A stretch of DNA of 64,000 bases from Trypanosoma brucei (Eukaryota), in contig CM000208.1 in the NCBI GenBank assembly GCA_000002445.1, forward strand, positions 64,001 through 128,000, written 5' to 3'. Numbering within the stretch: position 1 is the first letter of the stretch; each line of letters opens with the position of its first letter. This document shows positions 43,407-51,803 of the stretch, one piece after another. The notes under the pieces were generated by a model, which saw nothing but the letters and a program-made list of their open reading frames with translations, was not told where the DNA came from and searched no databases. The position numbers and the translations under genes are program-made.

Positions 43407-44840
43407 ATGACTTCCGTGGGGTTCCCTTGTGACATGAACACAAGTTCTTCACTCACCTTTTTGGCGAACTTTTATTTCCACACCAAAAATGGTGTGGATA
43501 AAAATGTAAGAACGACTGACCGCTCACGGATGGAGTTTTGGGTGCAGCGGCTGCCCACCGTAATTCTTCAAGAAATTTTCATGGAAGTTATTAGAAGTGA
43601 TGGATTTTGTTTTGCGTGGGTGGGTATACTTTCCAGCGTGTGTCGGTCGTGGTATTGTGCGTGTCAACATCCCGTCATGTGGGCATTTATGGCTAAAAAG
43701 GTGTTTGTGGCATATCCGCTTGTGCTGCGGGCGCAAGCCGTTCCCGAAGACAAAACAAACCTGCGAATGCGAAGTGTTTCGAATCCCATTATTGATGATG
43801 CTGATGATTTTGGCACTGTTTCAAATTCTCGCGATGCAATGGAACTGCCAACTCTAATGACCAACCAGTCTTTGCGTCGGGCCATAGAAGATGTGAGGCT
43901 TTTCGACGAGAGACGAAGTTATCATACTTATGTTAGACAAATACGTGTGCTTGTGCTGGGAATGATGCTGTCAGGCACACTTTTGCTCTTCTCCATGTTT
44001 CTATTCGTCACAGTTTGCGTCCTTGAGGGAATCAAATTGGGGGGAGTATTCACAACTTATGCCGCACTCTCTTTCTTGTGGGCAACGTACTGGGGTATTT
44101 TTACCATCATCATTGCAAACATTGTGATGGAAGCGCACTTTGAACCCACCCCACTCTTTCCGCGTCTGCGAAAGAATAAGCCGTTGATACTTACTTCAAC
44201 TGCTATACTGCTGATAGGCCTCTTCACTTTAGTTCTCCCAACCTTGTTGGTGCACATCAATTTAACCCGTGAGGAAAAGTTCAGTTGGATGTGGTGTGGG
44301 GCCACGCCGCTCCTTTTCCTCCTCAGTTGGCAATTGTACGTCGTTTTGTCTTGCTTCTCTCCTAGCAAATGGGGTGAATTGTTAAGATCACCGCATGTAG
44401 TTCTCAGACCTATGAAAGTGGTCATGTCGCTCATTTTGAATATCCCTCATGCGTTCCCATTTTGCTGCGCTGTGGCTTTATATTCTCTTCTGCAATACAT
44501 TCAATATGGCGGTCGTACATATTTGCTTGTTGCTGTATTTCCTCTGCTTGCTAGTCTTCCCATTCTTTCTACGTTATTGCTACTCGATTTCTACATGAAG
44601 CGCCAAATGCGAGATCTATTGACCGGAGTTTCTCTTCTCCTCGCATCAATTTTCCCCCTTTCGTTGTTTTGGACGGATTTTCGTGGATTTTCTCTTCTAC
44701 CACTGGCGGCTGCTTCTCTTCTTTTGTTTATCACACATTTCCGGCAGGTGGCGCAGCAGTCGATGTTGGAACTTGTAGAGGAGATCCAGCGAAACCGAAG
44801 GCCCGCGAGGTGGCGGCGCAGTCACTCTGTGCGAATGTAG
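43407..44840 (+). CDS. F-box-like domain fused to a polytopic membrane domain (about 8 TM helices)
   Basis: 'LPTVILQEIFMEVIRSD...LSSVCRSWYCACQHPVMW' fits the F-box consensus LPxEILxxIF...VCKxW. Then about 8 hydrophobic helices (VLVLGMMLSGTLLLFSMFLFVTVCVL, FTTYAALSFLWATYWGIFTIIIANIVM, and so on). Start uncertain: ATG at 43407 or 43530; the track start is TTG 43368. Confidence 0.55.
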   Translation: MTSVGFPCDMNTSSSLTFLANFYFHTKNGVDKNVRTTDRSRMEFWVQRLPTVILQEIFMEVIRSDGFCFAWVGILSSVCRSWYCACQHPVMWAFMAKKVFVAYPLVLRAQAVPEDKTNLRMRSVSNPIIDDADDFGTVSNSRDAMELPTLMTNQSLRRAIEDVRLFDERRSYHTYVRQIRVLVLGMMLSGTLLLFSMFLFVTVCVLEGIKLGGVFTTYAALSFLWATYWGIFTIIIANIVMEAHFEPTPLFPRLRKNKPLILTSTAILLIGLFTLVLPTLLVHINLTREEKFSWMWCGATPLLFLLSWQLYVVLSCFSPSKWGELLRSPHVVLRPMKVVMSLILNIPHAFPFCCAVALYSLLQYIQYGGRTYLLVAVFPLLASLPILSTLLLLDFYMKRQMRDLLTGVSLLLASIFPLSLFWTDFRGFSLLPLAAASLLLFITHFRQVAQQSMLELVEEIQRNRRPARWRRSHSVRM

Positions 44841-46052
44841 TATTGAGTGTGTCAATCTTTTTTGTTTTTTTTTGTCTTTTTTTCTCCACTGTCTGTTGTT
44901 CTCCTTTTCTCTTTTCTCCTTTCTCTCTCTCTCTTTCTGTTGCGTTTCTTTCACAATTCGCCCACTTTATATCATCTGAACTCCCTTCACTTCACTGCTT
45001 TACGGTTTACCTTTGGAAAGACGAAAATGGATGTTTAGAGAAAAGGAACATGTGACCTTCATCGAATATTGGACTGGTATGGAAGCGAAGGAGCAAACAC
45101 AAAAACGTTTTTTTTCCAGTTGTTGAGCGGGTGATTTGAAGACGTAATTGGGTGTGCACACGTGTGCTTATTTTATAATTATTAATATTATTATGATTCG
45201 GGTGAAGTCGAAGGTGGGTAGTTTTGTAATATGGTGAGGAGATTTATTGCTGAGGTTATACCTATATCTTCTTTCCACTGTTTTTGGTATGGGTGGGTGG
45301 GAGGTTGTAATTTTATTTTAAATAAGTAGATATATATTTTTTATCTATTTGATTTCTTTTGTTCATGATATATTTATATTTTTTTCGTTTTATTCGTTTT
45401 ACTTTCAAATTCCCCCCTCCCCCCCAAAAAAAAATAATATGTTAAAAACAAGGGGGAAAAAGGAATATGACGGGAGGTAGTGGAGTGAGGTGATGTTTGG
45501 CTATCACGTGGCTAAAGTATGAGTTGGGCATCTCAGTTTGTAGATGCACAAACACACAAACACAAACATATATTTTGTTATAAAAAGAGGGGAGGGGAGG
45601 AAGAGAAAAACAGTGGGAGGGATGATAATAATGAATTACAAGTTTTTAAAGGCCAGTTGCCTCTTCAATTTTTTTGTTTGAAAAACTCAGCCACAACTTT
45701 CGTTCGGTTGTGGCGAGCGGTCTTTTTTTTTTATTTTTTAAATGTTGTTTGTTTTTCTTCAACCTTCCTTTTTTTATTTTTCTGGGGAATTGGTGACGTA
45801 TATTTGTTTCGAACAATTTTCAGAAGTGAAATGCCAGTGTATTAAAGGTTTTTGCATATACCATGCATCTTCTCGTAGTCCCTCTTTAACCCGACCTTTT
45901 TTGCTATGTTGTTGCCCTACTTTATCCTTTTTTTTGTTTTTGTGTTTCGTGTTACCTTTGCACTTTTTTTTCTTTTTGTTTTTTTTTCATTATTGTATTG
46001 CACTTGGGCTTGGTTTCCTTTTTAGTGCCTGTAGGAGAATTCTTGTTTCTCT

Positions 46053-48782
46053 ATGAACGAAAGTATTATTCAAGTGCCACTTTATGTATCCACATCAGCT
46101 TGGCGTAAGGAGGTACAACTGAGAGGCCTCTTGCGCAATCACCCGAGTATAATTGCACACAGTGATATTCTCCCACCTGCTACCACGGCCAAAGTTTTCA
46201 GCACAGCTCAGTTGGCAGCACACCACAGGGAAAATGTATTGGCTATTGGTTTAAATCCATTATCCACTTCAGGCGCTTGCGTTGGGCTCTTAACAATGGA
46301 AAGTGCGGAGGCAAAACTTAGTGGTATGTCAAAGATGCAGTGGTTGAATTTGCCATCAACCGAACCTTTGAGCAGCGTGGAATGGTGTGAGGGATCCCTT
46401 TTGGTTGGAACTAGTCGTGGTCGCATTGTTGTAGCAGATGTTAGTCCACAAACTGTTGAGGATTCTGATGGAGAATTGCAGCGTCGCACTTGCCTCGTAT
46501 GTAGTGAAGAGCAAACTCCTGTTGGAGACATAGTTGTGCCACCAAGCAAACATGCCGTGTCAACTCTTGTTCGGTGTGTGCGCAGTAACGCAGCCGTCTG
46601 TTCCTCAAGTGTGGTGGCGGTATGTGATAGTCGCGCAATGGTGTGGGATGTAAAGGGAGCTACACAACCTGTACATACGTGGGTTCCCAGTGTAGACAGC
46701 AGTAAAAATAGTCCAAATGAGCAGGAGCCTCTTTTGTTTGCACAATGGGTTCCAAACAGTGACTCTGTTGTACTCACTGGAAGCTACAGTGGTAGTCTTG
46801 TATTCACAGACATTCGCACCAAAGAGGGATCCACCTCCAAATTATCCCTTCCGGCCCGTCGAGGATGTATGGCTCGGTGTGCCGACTTTAACACATTGCT
46901 TCCATTTGCTCTTGCTACGGCATCTTCTGACGGTATCATTTCTGTATTTGATTGCCGGTATCCGAGCACTGCCGTCCGAACCATCCCCTCGTTGCACGGC
47001 GATATCATGTCTCTAAAGTATTTGAAGCTTCATTCAGACATTATTGCCACGGGTGGGGTTGACGGATCGGTGGTTTTGTGGAATCTTCGCTCTCTTCCAA
47101 CCTATCGCGTGGGTCGTGCGCAATACAAGTGCCCCGTTTTTGATCTTATTACAACTCCATGGTCTGTGGAGCAACATGTTATTGGTGTTACATGTGGTGG
47201 TGAATTGACTCTCACAGGTCTTGCGCAGGAGGCCATGGCAACGTTAGCCGTGCCAGTCACTGAGCGCCTTTCCAAACCATCTGGTCGTAGACAAGAGGAT
47301 AAAACCGCGGCAAATGAGGCGACAGAACTAATGGAACGTGAAAAATATGGTGTGGGTCTCCTGTATTCCCGTCGGTTACGTGAGGCATATGAAGTGATTG
47401 TCGATTGCGCTACAAAGCGCTTTGCGAGAAAGGAGATTACGATGGCAATGAGGTTAGCGGGTCTCCTGGACGTCAAAATGCTTCCGAAATTTGACTACAG
47501 GGCGAAGGTTGAGAGTTTTGAAGCGGAGGAGAAGTGCAAGCGTGAATTAGGTGTGGCGGCTTTGTCGCAGTCGCAAGTAATTGTAGCTTTTGAAGATGCA
47601 CTTGTCCGTTCGAGTCAGTGGCTCTTTCCATCACTTCTGTCTGAAAATATACGAGATCTTCAGAAGCCCGCCAAGCAAGATGTTACAAAACTGGAGGCGT
47701 TGCAATTGAATTTGCTTTTGCATAACAATATTGCTTCCGGGTGTATTGGAAGCGTCGTTGGTGGATTGCAGTATTTCATTGCTAATGGTGGGAATATTAG
47801 TCTTATAGATGCCAATACGGCATGCAGCATCGCAAAGAAATTGTTGGAAGTGAACGTTGCTGAAGGTCAAAAATTTGTGTCAACGTTGCTTTCGTTGGTG
47901 ATTGAACCTGATGGTACTGCTGTAGCCGATGCGCTTGCGAAACGTTTGCTCATAGTGGTTCAGGAGCCACTTGTTACGGCAGGGATGCCGGTACGCCAAG
48001 CAGGAAGACATGAGGAACTTTTTGTATCTGATTTGCTGAGCGCGAAGAGGGCAGTCGAAGTGCAAATGGAGATTCGAAGTTTAGGGATCGAAAACTACAA
48101 AGGAGTAATTGCTGCGGTGAACAAATATCAAGACCAATGTCTCAGAAATGGTGAGAGCGGCATATTTGGCTGGCTTGCTCAGGAACCGCTGATGCTATTT
48201 TTGAACTGCCTCACTGCAGACTCAAATTATGCTACATTTTTCTGGGCGTGTGTACAACTAATTGAGGCGCTGGCCGCGTGTCCGGGTATGCGAGAGGTTG
48301 AGGCTACACTCTTTGCTACAGTGAACAGCATCCACGTTGCTTCTAATCGCCTCCGAAGCCAACTGCAGGAGTTGGCTTCAAAACCGCGTTTTACCCCAGC
48401 GACAGTGCGAGAGGCGGGGAAAACTATAACAACAGTTCTCGACTTCTCTGTTGTCCTTCTTCGTGTTCAGTTGGAGTGCGAGAATGTTGCTCATGAAAGT
48501 GAAATGAGAACTGTACCACCCGTTATGTGTCGCATATTTGATATTTTGTCGTCAGCCTCATCAGACTTGCTGAAAGTGTGGGAAACAATTCTCGGTGTCT
48601 TGGTGGCGTGTCCCCTTCGCAGTCTTGTGCGAAAATGTTGCCTCACTGGAATGCGTAACTTTGCCCTGAAGGTGGAAGGCCTTCTTTCGCTTTCATCGAA
48701 GAAAGGCGGTGACGAAATGTTAAATGAAATACTCGACACATGTGACGAGTTCTTTGACAGAGTTGCTGAAGATGCTGATTGA
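46053..48782 (+). CDS. WD40-repeat protein (909 aa) with an N-terminal beta-propeller and a C-terminal alpha-solenoid
   Basis: WD-like segments ('IATGGVDGSVVLWNL', 'LATASSDGIISVFDCR', 'LLVGTSRGRIVVADV'), followed by about 450 aa of helical Leu/Ala-rich sequence. ATG verified at 46053. Confidence 0.65.
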   Translation: MNESIIQVPLYVSTSAWRKEVQLRGLLRNHPSIIAHSDILPPATTAKVFSTAQLAAHHRENVLAIGLNPLSTSGACVGLLTMESAEAKLSGMSKMQWLNLPSTEPLSSVEWCEGSLLVGTSRGRIVVADVSPQTVEDSDGELQRRTCLVCSEEQTPVGDIVVPPSKHAVSTLVRCVRSNAAVCSSSVVAVCDSRAMVWDVKGATQPVHTWVPSVDSSKNSPNEQEPLLFAQWVPNSDSVVLTGSYSGSLVFTDIRTKEGSTSKLSLPARRGCMARCADFNTLLPFALATASSDGIISVFDCRYPSTAVRTIPSLHGDIMSLKYLKLHSDIIATGGVDGSVVLWNLRSLPTYRVGRAQYKCPVFDLITTPWSVEQHVIGVTCGGELTLTGLAQEAMATLAVPVTERLSKPSGRRQEDKTAANEATELMEREKYGVGLLYSRRLREAYEVIVDCATKRFARKEITMAMRLAGLLDVKMLPKFDYRAKVESFEAEEKCKRELGVAALSQSQVIVAFEDALVRSSQWLFPSLLSENIRDLQKPAKQDVTKLEALQLNLLLHNNIASGCIGSVVGGLQYFIANGGNISLIDANTACSIAKKLLEVNVAEGQKFVSTLLSLVIEPDGTAVADALAKRLLIVVQEPLVTAGMPVRQAGRHEELFVSDLLSAKRAVEVQMEIRSLGIENYKGVIAAVNKYQDQCLRNGESGIFGWLAQEPLMLFLNCLTADSNYATFFWACVQLIEALAACPGMREVEATLFATVNSIHVASNRLRSQLQELASKPRFTPATVREAGKTITTVLDFSVVLLRVQLECENVAHESEMRTVPPVMCRIFDILSSASSDLLKVWETILGVLVACPLRSLVRKCCLTGMRNFALKVEGLLSLSSKKGGDEMLNEILDTCDEFFDRVAEDAD

Positions 48783-49158
48783 GTTCTAAAAGTTCATATT
48801 TGCCCTTCGTAGGTGTTCGGCGTCAAAGGCAGTTCCAATCCCACAGTGAGGGGAATGTTACCGTATTCGATTCCTTGATTCGATTTTTTTTTTTTGTGTG
48901 TGTGTGTGTCAGGGGAGGGGGGCGCTCTCTACGCTGTTCCTCATCCTTTACTGCCACTTTCTCCCCCGCATATTCCTCTTTTTTTTCTTTTTCCTCGTTT
49001 TCTTGGTTGGTGGAAACTGTTTCCTAATGTAAAGACTTACAGTAGCATTTGTAAATATAATTAATTAACGTGCTTTTTTTTGTGTGTGTGTGCGGTCACA
49101 CGCGTTGAGGCGTAAGGTGCATTCAGATTAGGGCGTTACGGACCATTAAACCGTCCAT

Positions 49159-50280
49159 ATGCGGGTAGCATCTTTTAGGGCATCTCTTGCTTCCTTCAGC
49201 TTTCACACCCGGTTTTACGCAGCCGGAAAGCCGGGGGTTCCGAGAGCTGGTTTTAAGGCACACGGGGATATTGGCGATGGCCGCAACGACCAACAGCAGT
49301 TGCAAAGTGCGAATCCATACAAATCACGGGAACACATGAACCACAAATGGTTAATTCTTATGTGCGTCGGCTGTTTAGCGGGGGGTTCAGCAGCGGGTCA
49401 CCTTACGGAGGTTGATGAAACTGCACTGAAACCACCTTTTAAGAAGTCGGATGTGCTTTCAAATATTTCCAAAACATTTGAATTCCGTCCTGACCTGGCA
49501 GCAATGGGTGTTCGTGTTGCGTTTCTTCTTGCTGCGCGCAGAGCAGGACTTACAACTGACTCCTTTGATGAGTCTTGCGCCGTTGCCCGTGGCCTTGAAG
49601 ACATCGCCGGAGTATTTCAGCAGCTTGGGACAATGTATCACATTTCAACTGAAGACGCCGCATCGCTGGTAGCTGTGGCTGCATTAAAGTTCTTAAAGGC
49701 CCCTTCTGAATCTATTGAAAATGCGTGGCGTTGGGGACGAAATGACACCGATGAGGCCCCACCGCGGAGGCGAAGAAATGATGAGAAATTCCCCGTAGAG
49801 GCCTCAGGTGTGCAGAGTTTACTTAAGGGGTTATGTGATCTCACTGATGCTGAGTGCGTAGCGTTGTTAGCATGCCACAGTGTTGGTGAATTTCACGAAC
49901 ACGTGAGTGGCTTGGACGGTGCCACACATATCGGGAGCCGTTACAAGCTAAGTAATGAGTATTATAAGTTTTTGTTGTCAAATGAGAAGCGTTTCTTCGA
50001 TCTTGAAGTTCCTAGGACGGAGGAAAATAAAGAAATACGTCGCCTACCGAAGAACTTTGTATGTGTTTATGCCAGCACTGGCAAGAGAGGAAAAAAAAAA
50101 CAGTGCGTTTTCAATAGGAGCGAGGTGGATGCCATTTTGAAGAATAGTACGTGGCGGAAACTTGCCGAGTACTACGCGGAGAACGAAGCGGCATGGGCCG
50201 AGGCATTCCAGTCGGGTTTCACAAAAATGATTGACAGTAATTTCAAGAGGTTGCGCCCATACGACGCATCAACAGATTAG
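49159..50280 (+). CDS. Class-I heme peroxidase-like (ascorbate-peroxidase family) pseudoperoxidase with an N-terminal membrane anchor
   Basis: Aligns with plant APX: 'LTDAECVALLACHSVGEFHEHVSG' vs '[24 protein letters not shown]' (proximal His retained); 'NEYYKFLLSNEK' vs 'DNSYFTELLSGEK'; 'RWGRNDTDEAPP' vs 'HPGREDKPEPPP'. The distal 'RLAWHSAGT' is replaced by 'RVAFLLAARRAG' (W-H to F-L). Hydrophobic 'WLILMCVGCLAGGSAAG' near the N-terminus. The start could instead be the internal Met at residue 60. Confidence 0.65.
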   Translation: MRVASFRASLASFSFHTRFYAAGKPGVPRAGFKAHGDIGDGRNDQQQLQSANPYKSREHMNHKWLILMCVGCLAGGSAAGHLTEVDETALKPPFKKSDVLSNISKTFEFRPDLAAMGVRVAFLLAARRAGLTTDSFDESCAVARGLEDIAGVFQQLGTMYHISTEDAASLVAVAALKFLKAPSESIENAWRWGRNDTDEAPPRRRRNDEKFPVEASGVQSLLKGLCDLTDAECVALLACHSVGEFHEHVSGLDGATHIGSRYKLSNEYYKFLLSNEKRFFDLEVPRTEENKEIRRLPKNFVCVYASTGKRGKKKQCVFNRSEVDAILKNSTWRKLAEYYAENEAAWAEAFQSGFTKMIDSNFKRLRPYDASTD

Positions 50281-50591
50281 TCTAGGATGCGTAGTCTTTA
50301 CTAATATTTTTTTGTTTTGTCTTTCACGGATCGAATAATTACACAACTCAGTTTCTCCACACTTGGTTTCCACGAAATTTCCTCATCCAGGGATTCCTCC
50401 ACGTGTGTTTGTGTTCGCACGGTATTATTATTATTATTAATGCTAATTGTTTGGCTTTGTCTCTCCCCCTTGTGACACTTCACCCGTCCATATTCTCGAC
50501 TACCGTTGTATTTTTTCGTTCTGCTTTTTTTTTTGTTGTTTATGCCAATTCCTTACTTTTTTTTAAAAAAAAACTCTTTAGAAAATTAGTC

Positions 50592-50996
50592 ATGTCCAAC
50601 CGAGGCTTTACCCCGCGTGCCATTATTCCACCAGCGGCACCTTCAAGCAGAGATAAGAGACCTGCAGGAGCACCATATGGAAAGAATTTAAACAACGCAA
50701 AGGCGACGGTGCCTGCACAGCAGCGGGTTCAGGGTTTAAAACAGAACCAACCGGCAAATAGTCATCCCCTTCCATGCGAGTCTTGCAGGGAACTTATGAA
50801 GTGCACACAAGACGCCCGACAGGCGTTAGAAAAAGTTTTACAAAATGCTCGAATGATATTTCTGGATGACACGCTGCACCATCAAATGGATGATGAGCGT
50901 TGGTTGCGGGTTCTACGAGCACTTGGTGGAAATAAGAGGGAATACTTTACGAGAATTCCTTCAAATTGCTTAACTGCTACGGATGCAACTCTTTGA
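50592..50996 (+). CDS. Small basic hypothetical protein (134 aa)
   Basis: ATG at 50592 after a polypyrimidine tract; the track ORF 50403 begins in low-complexity sequence. No motif recognised. Confidence 0.4.
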   Translation: MSNRGFTPRAIIPPAAPSSRDKRPAGAPYGKNLNNAKATVPAQQRVQGLKQNQPANSHPLPCESCRELMKCTQDARQALEKVLQNARMIFLDDTLHHQMDDERWLRVLRALGGNKREYFTRIPSNCLTATDATL

Positions 50997-51803
50997 GAGA
51001 GGGGCAGTGTGTTGTGAACAGCAGCGGTTAATATTTTGTGTTGGTGAATAAAGCGGTGCGCTGCCGCTCATTCGTATGTGGAGGGAACTGCCTGTGCGTA
51101 TATATATATATGTTTATTTTTTGTGTGTGTGTTGCTGTTGTTTGGTGTTTTTAGATCATTGTGTGGGAAACATTCTTTCGCATTCGCATTTTTACCACCG
51201 TCTTGCCTTTCTTAACGTTCTCTTTCCACTTGCAACTGTTGGTATCGGCCCTTTTATGCATTTTCCCCCATATGGAAATGCAGGGGCGGTTTGGGAGGAA
51301 ATAATCAACTATCTGCAGCGTTGTTATCTTTATTATAGTTGTTGTTACTGCAAACGAATTGTGTTGGTCCCTCTTAATTTGCACCTTTAACTGGCCTTGC
51401 TTCGATAACTCCTCCATTTCTTTTTTCTTTTTAAATGGTGACTGCGCATGTCATATTTATCTTTGTTGTTTCTTTTAATTCTGCTGTTCTGAATTGAACA
51501 AGTTAAGGCATTAGTCAAAACTCACAGCTCTGAAGGCGTGAATAAAAGTAGAAAAGAAAAGCAGCAGAGAAAAAAAAAAGAGGACGCCAGAGGCATTTAG
51601 GACCAAATAGGGGTGCCATTGATCAAAGGGAAGAGAAAAAAAACGAGAGGAAAGGAGGAGGGCGGGAGCAAAAAAGAAAAAGAAAAAAATTAATAATAAT
51701 TCATTGAAACTCTTGCATCTCTTTTTATTAGTATAGAGGGAATATTGCCGTTTCAAAAAAAAAAACTAGTAACAGAGAACCCTGTATAGGTCCATCACCT
51801 TAA

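Noticed and set aside
46208-46777. 189-aa minus-strand ORF inside the WD40 gene, and a 157-aa minus ORF (8885-9358) inside RPS6
   Set aside because: Antisense to confidently identified genes, with no recognisable motifs. In a unidirectional kinetoplastid polycistron an opposite-strand gene inside a CDS is very unlikely.
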